The notes under the pieces: model-generated | Seen by the model: only the letters and a program-made list of their open reading frames with translations | The model's database searches: none | Told to the model about the DNA's origin: nothing | NCBI GenBank assembly: GCA_041622975.1 | Contig: JBFJXU010000001.1 | Location: 1 to 29,027 of the forward strand | DNA length: 29,027 bases | Direction: 5' to 3' | DNA from: Thermoplasmatota archaeon | GTDB lineage: Archaea > Thermoplasmatota > E2 > JACPAO01 > JAHFTW01 | Program-made: the position numbers and the translations under genes | Part shown: piece by piece, positions 17,676 through 26,922 of the stretch | Position numbering within the stretch: position 1 is the first letter of the stretch | How the letters are laid out: each line of letters opens with the position of its first letter

Positions 17676-18250
17676 GCGACGCGGACGTGGAGCCGCGCCT
17701 CTCCTGCGCGCGCCTCTACTTCGTCCCCGGCGGCCAAGGGCCCCACGCCTTCCGGCGTGCCGGTCAGGATGATGTCGCCGGGGCGGAGCGTCGTCCACGT
17801 GGCGGCATCATGCAGCAGTTGCGCGACGCTCCAGGTCATGTCGCCGGTGTTCCCTTGCTGCCGGACGCGGCCATTGACTGCCAAGGACAGATCGAGGTGG
17901 TCGAGGTTCACGCCGGTCACGGGCAACCATGAGCCAAGTGGCAGGAACGTGTCGAAGCCCTTGGCCTTCGTCCAGGGCTGACCCGCTTTCTTGGCTGCGG
18001 ATTGCAGGTCGCGGGCGGTCACGTCGATGGCGACCGTGTAGGCCTCAGGCTCTCCGCCAGGACCCAGGCGAATTGCCAATTCCACTTCATGGTCCACGCG
18101 GCCGACGCCCGAGGGGAGTCGAATCGTGCCGCCGTCTGAAATGATACTTGATTCCGGTTTGAGAAACCAAAGCGGCTGGGTCGGCGTGGTACTCCCTAAT
18201 TCCTTGGCGTGGGCCGCGTAGTTCTTGCCGATGCAGTAAACGGTGGTCAA
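17672..18250 (-). CDS. Fumarylacetoacetate hydrolase family protein
   Basis: CIGKNYA.H, FLKP.S, DHEVELA, DVTARD.Q, W..AKGFDTF.P, PGD.ILTGTPEGVG; TTG start overlaps the upstream stop. Confidence 0.93.
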   Translation of the reverse strand: MTTVYCIGKNYAAHAKELGSTTPTQPLWFLKPESSIISDGGTIRLPSGVGRVDHEVELAIRLGPGGEPEAYTVAIDVTARDLQSAAKKAGQPWTKAKGFDTFLPLGSWLPVTGVNLDHLDLSLAVNGRVRQQGNTGDMTWSVAQLLHDAATWTTLRPGDIILTGTPEGVGPLAAGDEVEARAGEARLHVRVA

Positions 18251-18831
18251 GCCGGCGCCTCCACACCCAACCTCGGCGCAAGTGTTTCCCGCCAGAAGAC
18301 TGGCATCAGTTCGCTCAGGGCCTCATACAAGTCGCAGAAGGCTTTGGTCTCCTGGACCACGTAGGATTCGATGGTCCGGTAGTCGCGCCGCTTGATGGCT
18401 TCGATTACCACGTCGCCACTGCCGATCTTGGCGCTGAAATTCTCTAACTTTGCACCCTTGAACCGGCCATCGTTCATGAAGACGGCGAGGTCTTTGAGGT
18501 CGAGGCGGGGCTTGTTGATGATGGTTTCATACCGGGCACTGGCGCGCAGCAATCCATATTGCTTGGCTTTGGCAAACAGCCACTTCATCTCAAAGTCCAA
18601 GTTGAAGCCGACGGGGATGAAGTGCCATGCACCTGGCCCCGGAGCAAAGAAGTCACTCTCGGTGAGGAAGTCCCGGACGATGGCCTTCTCGCCGCCGTCC
18701 ATCCAGGCACGGTGGATCTTCGTGGTACCCATGGCTCGCCCGGCCTCCAGGCGGTGGGTTTGGATGGTGAGCAGTTCATCCTGGTAAGGGTCGAGGCCGG
18801 TGGTCTCGATGTCCAGGTAGTACAGGGGCAC
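18247..18831 (-). CDS. RNase H-like / DEDD 3'-5' exonuclease domain protein
   Basis: ExoI YLDIETTGL; ExoII-like GFNLDFE; IDL-like RLDLK; ExoIII-like SYVVQE. Confidence 0.8.
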   Translation of the reverse strand: MPLYYLDIETTGLDPYQDELLTIQTHRLEAGRAMGTTKIHRAWMDGGEKAIVRDFLTESDFFAPGPGAWHFIPVGFNLDFEMKWLFAKAKQYGLLRASARYETIINKPRLDLKDLAVFMNDGRFKGAKLENFSAKIGSGDVVIEAIKRRDYRTIESYVVQETKAFCDLYEALSELMPVFWRETLAPRLGVEAPA

Positions 18832-18885
18832 ATCAACGCCATCGGCGGAGGGGGTTTCAGGGCTTGCTGACTTAGGAGTCCCACC

Positions 18886-19353
18886 ATGCTAAGGCTCAAG
18901 TCCGCCAGCCACGGTAGGTGGTTGATGCCCGAGAGCCGGATGAAGAACCGCGACGTGGACGTAGTGGTGGCCGACGCGGCCATTGGCAAGCAAATGACAA
19001 TCGCTGCCATGAACGTAGACCAGATTGTGGTACCACCGGATGGCCTCCTGCGACTGAAGGCCCGCTACCACTTGGAGGAGCAGAGCCCAGACCGGGAATC
19101 ATACCGCTTCCGCTTGGATGCGAAACTGGCAGACCATGAAGCCACGGCGATTGCCAACCACGACGACACATGGGGCTTCCCCGACAAGAAATTCGGCGTG
19201 TGTCAGATTGTGTTTAGCGACTTGCCCCCCGGCGACCATGAACTCCGGTTTGAGTATCGTGCCGAGTATGGCATTGGGGCATGGGACAGTTCCAATGAGT
19301 CCATCGAAACGGTGGAGCTGGAACGGACCATCAAGGTCTTCGTCCAGGAGTAG
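18886..19353 (+). CDS. Hypothetical protein, beta-rich
   Basis: 155-aa ORF with genome-typical codons and GGAG upstream; alternative start ATG 18925. Confidence 0.65.
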   Translation: MLRLKSASHGRWLMPESRMKNRDVDVVVADAAIGKQMTIAAMNVDQIVVPPDGLLRLKARYHLEEQSPDRESYRFRLDAKLADHEATAIANHDDTWGFPDKKFGVCQIVFSDLPPGDHELRFEYRAEYGIGAWDSSNESIETVELERTIKVFVQE

Positions 19354-19385
19354 GCGACGAACCAGCGACCCTTGACGGGGATTGT

Positions 19386-19805
19386 CTACTGGACGGAAAC
19401 GACTTCGATGTCGAAGACTAGGGTCTTGCCAGCGAGGAAGTGGTTGAAGTCCAGGCGAACCGTCTCCTCGAGGACTTCCATGACGGTAGCTTCGAATTGG
19501 CGGCCGTCTTCCGTTTCGAGGCCAAGGCGCATGCCGGGTTCTACGTCGCCGTCCAGTTTGTCTTTGGGGATTTCCTGGATGAGTTCATCGCGGGCGGGGC
19601 CGTAGGCGTCCTCCGGGGCAATGGTGGCAGTGGCTTTGTCACCCACTTCTTGGCCGCGCACAGCGTTGTCAAAGCCGGGGATTACTTCGCCGCGGCCGAC
19701 GGTAAATTGGAGGGGTTCACGGCCTTCGCTGGAGTCGAAGACTTCGCCGCTTTCGAGGCGACCCGTGTAATGGACGCTCACTTGGTCGCCGTCTTGGATA
19801 GGCAT
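19386..19805 (-). CDS. slyD: FKBP-type peptidyl-prolyl isomerase (SlyD-like, no His-rich tail)
   Basis: V.VHYTGRL..GEVFDSS, G...VIPGF, PEDAYG, DFNH.LAGKTL.F.IEV. Confidence 0.93.
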   Translation of the reverse strand: MPIQDGDQVSVHYTGRLESGEVFDSSEGREPLQFTVGRGEVIPGFDNAVRGQEVGDKATATIAPEDAYGPARDELIQEIPKDKLDGDVEPGMRLGLETEDGRQFEATVMEVLEETVRLDFNHFLAGKTLVFDIEVVSVQ

Positions 19806-19828
19806 GGGTGGTCCAGGGAGGGTGCCTA

Positions 19829-19834
19829 TTGAAA
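19829..19834 (-). promoter_or_regulatory. TATA-like box for slyD (leaderless)
   Basis: TTTCAA at -29..-24 of ATG 19805. Confidence 0.55.
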
Positions 19835-19859
19835 GGTGCTTTGGCCCAGGCGGGCGGCA

Positions 19860-20636
19860 CTACCCCTGGATGCTCCACCCCTCCGGCGCGGGGCCATTGT
19901 GGAAGTGGGTTACGAAAACCTGGAACGACTTCTGCGTTTCAGCAACGGGGAAGGCTGAAGGCTCGATTTCTAGGTCAAAAGCACCGGCCACCACATCTTC
20001 AAATTCCACGCGAAGCGGGTTGAGGGCGGACCCGCGTTCATTCATGCCCTCGTCACTGGTCAACCAGTAACGGAATGAGTTGCTCTGGCCTTCTGGCGCT
20101 TGGTCCATGAAGGCCTCAATGATGAGGGAGTCAGCATCTTCGTCTATGTCGAATTGAAATTGGCAGGCGGGGCAGAAGAAGGCGCCAAAGATCACGTCTC
20201 CCGTCATGTCAGCAAACCCTTCGAACTTGAAGGTTTCAAACCAAGGCTCGGGCGGCGGTACTGGCGTAAGCACAAACTTGACGCGCGCGGTTTCGCCACC
20301 GACCACATCGATGACTGCGTCGGCCCCCCGGTACCCCGTTGCGTTGGCAACGACGCGGTAGGGCCCCGACCAGAGACTTGCAAACGCAAATGCACCGTCC
20401 CGGTCGCTTCGCACATTGATGTCAAGACCCGGAATCCGGACTGATGCATTCGAGACGGGGCGAAGGTCCTCACTCAAGACAAAGCCAGCAATGCCACCCT
20501 TCTGTTCCTGGCGGCCGGTGGCGGCGTCTTGAGCCTCATCAACAGCCTCCGGTGTCGAATTGATGACGAGTTCATCGGGTTGGTTGTCGGTGCAGCCCGC
20601 TAACAAGAAAATGACGAGAAACGCCACCCAGCGCAT
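19860..20636 (-). CDS. Lipoprotein with carboxypeptidase-regulatory-like (prealbumin-like) domain
   Basis: Lipobox LAGC; I.G.V..EDLRPV.NA.V....SD.DG.F.F..L..G.Y.V...ATGY pattern. Confidence 0.82.
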   Translation of the reverse strand: MRWVAFLVIFLLAGCTDNQPDELVINSTPEAVDEAQDAATGRQEQKGGIAGFVLSEDLRPVSNASVRIPGLDINVRSDRDGAFAFASLWSGPYRVVANATGYRGADAVIDVVGGETARVKFVLTPVPPPEPWFETFKFEGFADMTGDVIFGAFFCPACQFQFDIDEDADSLIIEAFMDQAPEGQSNSFRYWLTSDEGMNERGSALNPLRVEFEDVVAGAFDLEIEPSAFPVAETQKSFQVFVTHFHNGPAPEGWSIQG

Positions 20637-20872
20637 GGAATGTTCGAGGCGGCATCCGCGTTAAAGGAGTATAGTCAGGTTGTGCAAGCGCCACATCTGC
20701 ATCGGAAGTCCGGGACACTGTATCATGGGTGGCCGGAGGCACCGGGGACGAACACGCGGTTCACGAAGCGGAAGGATTGGAGACTGCGGGGGCGCGCGTT
20801 GCTTCACCTCGACGCCGACACGACGGGGGCAGGTGTGGGTAATGCTAAACCGAATCTTGCTCTGAGCCGAGT

Positions 20873-21928
20873 ATGCAGTGGAAACCCACGGTAGCCGTCG
20901 TTTGCCTTATGATGGCAGCCATCGGAGTTGGTGCGGATGAGGACCACGAATCTGGTCGGTTCGATTGGTCTGACGACGGATTTGAGTACGAGATTTCTTA
21001 CGAGTCCGAGAGCAACGGCACTGAGACCGAGGAAGAATTCGAAGTGGAGTGGGACGCCGAAGACGCTGAACTGACCATCCAGATGGAGTCAGAGCAAGAA
21101 ACGGAAGACCGTGAAACGGAACAGGAGGAAAGCCTCGACATCGAGTTCTACTTCCTGGTCGAGTACAACGACACCGACGGTGACGGCGCATTCGTCCCCG
21201 GCAACGATACGGCCTACGGTTTCTGGGCCATCGGCGACGATCGCTGCGACGACGATTGCGACGACGAGGATGGCGAAGAGGCTCAGTCCACGTCCCCGTA
21301 CGGCGATTACCGCGGCGCCATGAACTGGCGCTCCATCAACCCGGGCAGCGACTACTCGACTCACACCGACGAGAATGGTACCATGCACCGTGTCGAGGTC
21401 CGGGCAGACTTTGGTCCCCAGGACGCACCGTCTGTGTTCGGCTTCAATTTCAAGATCTACGAGTACAACGCTGAGGCAGATGGCAGCAACGTTGCGCGTA
21501 CGCAGGTCAAGTTCGACATCGTCATGGAATTGGATGGGTCAGCGTACGCCCACGAGGGCTCCCAGATGTCAGTCGTCCACGTGGTGGAATCCGAATTCGA
21601 GTTGGAAGACGAGTTCGATGACGACGTGGAGGAGGGCACGCCGGCTGATGAGGAGGACTCGGTGGCAAGCGGCGCAGGCGGACGCATGGAATACCGCTGG
21701 CGCAACAACGCCACTGTGGATGACCGGGACACGCCCGTCGGTAGCCATGTTTCCGAAACGGAGACCGAGTCCAGCGACGACGAGGACGCCGACGAAGAAG
21801 AACAGACACGCCTCATCACGTTCTCCTACGAGCGCGGCTCGAGCATCCTGCATGACCCCATCGCGGGTTCCCGTGGCGCCCCCTCGCTCTTGGAACAGGC
21901 CTTGGATCTACTTGCAGCACTGTTGTAA
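20873..21928 (+). CDS. Highly acidic secreted protein
   Basis: Signal peptide; very Asp/Glu-rich; DTDGDG Ca2+-loop-like motif; C-terminal ILHDP.G. Confidence 0.8.
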   Translation: MQWKPTVAVVCLMMAAIGVGADEDHESGRFDWSDDGFEYEISYESESNGTETEEEFEVEWDAEDAELTIQMESEQETEDRETEQEESLDIEFYFLVEYNDTDGDGAFVPGNDTAYGFWAIGDDRCDDDCDDEDGEEAQSTSPYGDYRGAMNWRSINPGSDYSTHTDENGTMHRVEVRADFGPQDAPSVFGFNFKIYEYNAEADGSNVARTQVKFDIVMELDGSAYAHEGSQMSVVHVVESEFELEDEFDDDVEEGTPADEEDSVASGAGGRMEYRWRNNATVDDRDTPVGSHVSETETESSDDEDADEEEQTRLITFSYERGSSILHDPIAGSRGAPSLLEQALDLLAALL

Positions 21929-22082
21929 TCGCCCGCTTGCCTAGTGGCTGATTTCCTTCTTCCCTCTACCCTGTTTTGACGCGGACGGCGGGGGCGATTG
22001 CAGTGCTCACGCTGGCCCCCTAGCATCCCCGCCGTGGTGGGAGACATTCACACGATAGTTGCGTGATGCCGACTAGCAGGGC

Positions 22083-22985
22083 TCACGCCGCTACGGGGGT
22101 GGCAGATTCCCGGATTGGTGCCGTACGTGCCCACATCCATGCCAGGGCACCACCAGTGGCAAACATGACGAGGGAGTAGAACGCCGGGCTCAAGGCAGCG
22201 GTGGCAGAGTCGAGTTGCGTGGTGGCAAGGACGATGCCGAAGGTGCCGTTTTGGAAGCCCACTTCGATGACGATGCTGCGTCGCCGGGCGCCGTCGGTCA
22301 GCCGACCAAGCAACCAACCGGTGCCCATGGCGGCCAAGTTGAGGGCCAATGCGGCGGGAACGGTGAGTGCGGCCTTTTCCCAGAAACCGTCCCGGTTCTG
22401 GAAGATGGCGGCTGCCACGAGGAGCGCTAGGAAGACCACGCCACCCAGGCGGAACGGTTTGTCAGCCGCCAGGGCGAAGCCAGGCCAGCGGCGGGCAACG
22501 AGGATACCCACCAAGACTGGGATGGCGATGACGACCAAAGCAAGCCCGGCAACGTCGGCGAAGGTCACGTTGATGGCGACGGCGTCGCCGTACAGAAGGT
22601 CCGTAGCGCCAAAGAGGACCAGGGGTGTGATGAGTACGGCACTGATGCTGGTCACAGCCGTGAGGACAATACTGAGCGCAGTCTCGCCGCGGCACAGGTG
22701 CGCCAGAAGGTTGCTTGTTGCTCCGCCGGGAAGGGCACCAAGGAGCAAGAACCCAATGGCGATCTCTCGGTCCATGCCAGTAGGGTGGAACAGGACCACC
22801 ACGCCGATGGCCAGGAGCGGCAGGGCTACCAGTTGGCCGAGTAGGCCCAACGCCAAGGCCTTGGGTTTGACGGTAACGTCCTTGAATGCCCTGGCAGGGG
22901 TCGCTAGGCCCATTCCGAACATCAGGACGGCCAGAATTAGGGGCAGCAAGACGTCGGTCACGACGCTGGTTTCGAGTTCCGCCAT
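22083..22985 (-). CDS. Bile acid:sodium symporter (BASS/ASBT) family transporter
   Basis: MFGMGL, Q...P, PGG..SN, G...LS..LT..TS, E.GFQNG motifs; start ATG 22985. Confidence 0.92.
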   Translation of the reverse strand: MAELETSVVTDVLLPLILAVLMFGMGLATPARAFKDVTVKPKALALGLLGQLVALPLLAIGVVVLFHPTGMDREIAIGFLLLGALPGGATSNLLAHLCRGETALSIVLTAVTSISAVLITPLVLFGATDLLYGDAVAINVTFADVAGLALVVIAIPVLVGILVARRWPGFALAADKPFRLGGVVFLALLVAAAIFQNRDGFWEKAALTVPAALALNLAAMGTGWLLGRLTDGARRRSIVIEVGFQNGTFGIVLATTQLDSATAALSPAFYSLVMFATGGALAWMWARTAPIRESATPVAA

Positions 22986-23063
22986 AACGGGCGATGGGGG
23001 CGGGCTTTGAAAACTGGATGCTGGCGGCAAGGCCATGGGCACAGGTGCCCCTTGGGTGGTGGC

Positions 23064-23069
23064 TTAAGT
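23064..23069 (+). promoter_or_regulatory. TATA-like box for the ABC operon
   Basis: TTAAGT at -29..-24 of GTG 23093. Confidence 0.55.
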
Positions 23070-23092
23070 GGGCCGCCACAGCAAGTTGTCAC

Positions 23093-23926
23093 GTGTTACG
23101 AGCCCGGGCGCTGTCCAAGCACTACGGTGACGTGATTGCCTTGTCAGACGTGGACCTCCATATCCCTGCGGGATTCATCCTTGGGTTGGTTGGCAACAAC
23201 GGCGCCGGCAAGACGACGGCAATCAAGGCGTGCGCGGGCCTGCTTGAGCCCACGTCGGGGTCCGTTCGAGTCGGCGGCGAAGATCCCACGCATGCCCCGG
23301 TTCGGCAAAAGATTGGCTTCCTGCCGGAGGACAGCCCTGTTTACGATGACCTGTCGCCCCGCGCATACCTGCGCTATTTTGGACGACTCTACGGGGTGAA
23401 GAGTGACACGGAGGCCTTGTTGGACCGCTTGCGGCTCGACGAGCCCTTCCGCGATCGGCCATTAGGGCAGTTATCGAAGGGCAGCAGACGCAAGACGAGC
23501 CTCGCGCGATGCTTGCTACATGACCCAGACCTCATCATTCTAGACGAACCAGCAAGCGGCCTTGACCCGGCAACCCGGAGAGCCGTGGATGACCTACTGT
23601 TGGAACTGCGCGCGGAGGGCAAGGCCATCCTGCTCTCGGCGCACGACTTGGATGAGGTAGAGCGCTTGAGTGACCACATCGTGGTCCTTCACGAGGGTCG
23701 CATCGCCACCGAAGGCGACACGGCGACCCTCCGCGCCAAGGCAGGCCCCACAACGTACATTGTGCGCGCCGAGGGACCGTTTGCCGGGAGCCACCCAGAC
23801 GGCACCGACCACGTGGCAGAAGTCAGTGATTGGCCCAGCGTTGAGGCTTTACTCTCCACGCTTGAAGTCCAGGTTCTTGACGTGACGGCTCGACCCCCAC
23901 GATTGGCGGACGTGTTGGCCGCATGA
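23093..23926 (+). CDS. ABC transporter ATP-binding protein
   Basis: Walker A GNNGAGKTT, signature LSKG, Walker B LIILDEP, H-loop SAH; GTG 23093 with TTAAGT at -29. Confidence 0.95.
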   Translation: MLRARALSKHYGDVIALSDVDLHIPAGFILGLVGNNGAGKTTAIKACAGLLEPTSGSVRVGGEDPTHAPVRQKIGFLPEDSPVYDDLSPRAYLRYFGRLYGVKSDTEALLDRLRLDEPFRDRPLGQLSKGSRRKTSLARCLLHDPDLIILDEPASGLDPATRRAVDDLLLELRAEGKAILLSAHDLDEVERLSDHIVVLHEGRIATEGDTATLRAKAGPTTYIVRAEGPFAGSHPDGTDHVAEVSDWPSVEALLSTLEVQVLDVTARPPRLADVLAA

Positions 23927-25536
23927 GGCGGGCTTGGGCTTTGGCTGCCGCCGAGGCCCGACGCGCAGCCGTACGCATTGACCGCCGCGTAATTGCCGGA
24001 GTTCTCGTGGTGGCCGGCTTGTTGGCCACCGTCGCTACTGTTACGCCGCTCACGCCGCCGTCTCCGGAGGACGGGCTATACCTAGTGCGCGATGAGGGTA
24101 GCCCCCTGCGGGACGCTGTTGCCGCATCGGAGCGCTTTCGGTTCACCGAGGAGAACGCCCACGTAGTCATCAACGGCGACGAGGTGCGCTACGACCCAAA
24201 CAACGCGGCAAGCCGGGAAGCCGCGGCCGTACTGGAAGTGGCGGTGCGCCATTGGCTGGACCAAGAATTGCGCGGCGAGGCCGACCAAGCCGCGGCATTC
24301 CCATTGGAGGTGCGCCTAGTGCAAGCCGCCCGAGCGCCAGCCTTACCAGATGGCGGCCCCGGCTCGGGGGAAGGCAAAGTTGACCCGAACCCAGGCGCCG
24401 GCGACGTTGATGTAGCCGATGACGTGGACCCCCAAGGTGTTGTACGCCCCGTTGCCCCGGACCGACTCGAGCCACCGTTCCCGGTGCAGAGTCTGCTGCT
24501 CACGTTTGCTTACCTCATCCCAGCAAGCCTCGTGACGCAATTGCACGCAGGCAATCTGCACAGTGAGCGCCAAGGTCGTGCTACCGTAATTCTGGCCGGG
24601 CCGGTCACACCAGCCGCTTTCCTCGTGGGTAAGGTCCTGCCGTGGAGCATTCTGCTCGGATTGCTGGCAATCTTGGTCACGTGGGTCATTGGTGCCGGAT
24701 TGTGGGCCCTTGCCGGCGCTGCGGTCGCCATGTTTTTCCTGCTTGCCATGGCCACATGGCTGGCACTCATTGCCCGCACCACCCGCGAATTGACGCTCCT
24801 GCAAGTAGCAGGGAGCACCTTGCTCAATGTATTCCTGTTCCTGCCGCCCCTCTTCCCCGGCTTGGATGCGGTGGCATTCCTAAGCCCAATTCACTTGGTG
24901 GCCTTGGATTTGCAAGGGGCTTCAGTGCCCCTGGGTGGGGCGCTGTACGCTACGGTGCCCATGTTACTTGCCACCGTCAGCCTAGCCGCCCTTTCCACGG
25001 GGCTGGCCCGAGACGAAGTGCTCACCACCGCGCAACCACCCGTGCCCCAAACCATTCAGGCCCTAGAAGCCGTGACGCGCCGACCCTGGCAATTGTTCCT
25101 CGCTGCAGTGCTGACCATACCGTTTGTGCTGGCCACGGAAGCAACGGCGGTCGCCATGGGTGCCGTGTTCTTCTTGTCGGCCCCCGCCCTCATCCTGGTG
25201 GTCGTTGCCGTGGTTGAAGAGACGGCCAAAGGGCTCCCCATTTGGGCGCGTCGCGGTGACGGCGGCATCCTAGTCGGAACGGGGTTTTTCGTCGGCGAGA
25301 AGGCCGCGCTGCTCTTGACGCTGGTAGGATTCTCTGCGTTGCCGTTCGGCGGCGAAGTTCTGCTGCTCCTTGGCATCGGTGCGGGCTTGCTGTTATTCCT
25401 ACCACTCGCACTTCACGCAGGCACGGCATGGGTGCAAGGATTCAGCACGAAGCGCGGCCACGCACGCCTTGGCTGGGTGCTCGCCGTGGTCATCCACCTC
25501 GCCTACGATTTGGCAATCCTGGAGGTCCTGTTGTGA
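23923..25536 (+). CDS. ABC-2 type permease fused to a C-terminal PrsW-family intramembrane metalloprotease domain
   Basis: Permease core (SE......L.GP....FL.GK); C-terminal EETAK, GTGFFVGE, LH and HLAYD PrsW motifs; ATGA overlap with the ATPase. Confidence 0.8.
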   Translation: MRRAWALAAAEARRAAVRIDRRVIAGVLVVAGLLATVATVTPLTPPSPEDGLYLVRDEGSPLRDAVAASERFRFTEENAHVVINGDEVRYDPNNAASREAAAVLEVAVRHWLDQELRGEADQAAAFPLEVRLVQAARAPALPDGGPGSGEGKVDPNPGAGDVDVADDVDPQGVVRPVAPDRLEPPFPVQSLLLTFAYLIPASLVTQLHAGNLHSERQGRATVILAGPVTPAAFLVGKVLPWSILLGLLAILVTWVIGAGLWALAGAAVAMFFLLAMATWLALIARTTRELTLLQVAGSTLLNVFLFLPPLFPGLDAVAFLSPIHLVALDLQGASVPLGGALYATVPMLLATVSLAALSTGLARDEVLTTAQPPVPQTIQALEAVTRRPWQLFLAAVLTIPFVLATEATAVAMGAVFFLSAPALILVVVAVVEETAKGLPIWARRGDGGILVGTGFFVGEKAALLLTLVGFSALPFGGEVLLLLGIGAGLLLFLPLALHAGTAWVQGFSTKRGHARLGWVLAVVIHLAYDLAILEVLL

Positions 25537-26579
25537 TGCGCCACATCATCCTCAAAGAACTCCGGGACATGACGCGCGAAAAGACCATTGTCACGGCATT
25601 CCTCGTGCAGGCTTTGCTCGCGGGGTTCAGCGCCCTTCTCCTGACCGGCCTTACGGCCCTCCATAGCCCCGAAGCAGTAGACCAGGTGCCGCCCGCCGAG
25701 GTCGCCTTCGTCGGGGCCACGGACGGTTCCCGCGGCTTCGGCACATACCTTGACGGCACCGGCAACCTGGACATCGCCACCATGACCGCCACGGATGCCC
25801 TGACCGCGTTCCGCGAGGGTCGTGTGGACATGGTAGTCCAGGAAGCCCAAGTGGACGGCCGACAGCGCGTCAACATCATCCTGCCCGCAGGAGATATCCG
25901 AGCGACCTTGTGGACGACCCAGGCCAAAGAATTGCTCCTCGAATACGAACAAGACCTCCGCGTGGAACGCCAAGGCCGACTCGCGCAGCAAATTACGTAC
26001 GTGGAAACGGGGCAGGAGATCGAGACGCATGGTTTCGTCTACGGCACACTACTACCAATCCTCACGATTGCCCCCGTATTCCTAGGCGGCGCCATCGCCG
26101 GTGACGCTATCGGCCAGGAAGCGCGTAGCCGTACGCTGCTGCTGCTGCGGGCAGCGCCCATTACCGCTCATAGACTGGTAGCCGCCAAGTTGACTGTGCC
26201 CCTCCTCCTCGTGCCCGTGCAAGTGGGCCTTTGGCTGGGCCTCATGGCGCTCAACGGCTTCCCATCCCAGAACGCCCACTGGATTCTTCTCTACGCCACC
26301 GCCATGGGCGCCGTCATCGCCGCCGTGAGCACCCTCACGGCCAGCCTCCTCCCAGGCGAAGCGGCCAGTCAAGCAGTCACCACGCTAGGTGCACTCGTCC
26401 TTGCAGCCGTGAGCCTCATTGGCCCGCGCGACCCACTCAACACGATCGCGTTGCTAGCCACGGGTGTACCTGACCACTTGGCTTGGTGGACGCTCGGCGC
26501 CACGGTGACCCTGGCAATTTCAGCGTTCCTTGCAGCAGGTTTCGTAACCACGCGGCGGCTGCTCAACGACCAAGTATAA
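25536..26579 (+). CDS. ABC-2 type permease
   Basis: I.KELRD..RE, GDAI.QE...RTL.LL.AAP......AK motifs; SD GGAGGT; overlaps the upstream stop. Confidence 0.85.
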   Translation: MRHIILKELRDMTREKTIVTAFLVQALLAGFSALLLTGLTALHSPEAVDQVPPAEVAFVGATDGSRGFGTYLDGTGNLDIATMTATDALTAFREGRVDMVVQEAQVDGRQRVNIILPAGDIRATLWTTQAKELLLEYEQDLRVERQGRLAQQITYVETGQEIETHGFVYGTLLPILTIAPVFLGGAIAGDAIGQEARSRTLLLLRAAPITAHRLVAAKLTVPLLLVPVQVGLWLGLMALNGFPSQNAHWILLYATAMGAVIAAVSTLTASLLPGEAASQAVTTLGALVLAAVSLIGPRDPLNTIALLATGVPDHLAWWTLGATVTLAISAFLAAGFVTTRRLLNDQV

Positions 26580-26641
26580 CCAAGTTAAGCAGTAACTGCC
26601 GGCACCATTTGTTTCTTACAGTCTGGTGTATTGCACCCCGC

Positions 26642-26884
26642 ATGGAGGCCTTGTTCCTCGTTGATGCAGCACCCGGGTTCGAGAACAGCGTACAAAGCGC
26701 TCTCGAAGGCAAGGTCAAGAACATCGTCCGCGCCAAGATCCGCAATAATGATTTCATTGTCGCCATGGAATTACCCGATGAATCGGCCGTAGAGGATGCT
26801 CTAAGGCACGATCTGTGGGTGAGTGGCGTCAAAGGAGTGGAACGCGTCGAGCCGGCCCCGGAAATCTTGGCCCACCTGTCCTGA
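26642..26884 (+). CDS. Stand-alone Lrp/AsnC ligand-binding (RAM)-like domain protein
   Basis: 80 aa with a beta-alpha-beta-beta-alpha-beta pattern (ALFLV...DFIV.ME.PD...V....GVKGVE); no HTH. Confidence 0.55.
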   Translation: MEALFLVDAAPGFENSVQSALEGKVKNIVRAKIRNNDFIVAMELPDESAVEDALRHDLWVSGVKGVERVEPAPEILAHLS

Positions 26885-26922
26885 AACCCTTTGTCCAGGA
26901 CCGGCCCGACGGTCGGTCAAGG

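Noticed and set aside
20637-20872. 236-bp intergenic region with GGAAGTCCGG resembling the RNase P CR-I motif; also 61- and 84-aa ORFs
   Set aside because: No matching P4 partner or CR-V, too short, and it holds the two divergent promoter boxes; the ORFs lack coding character. An Rfam scan would settle it
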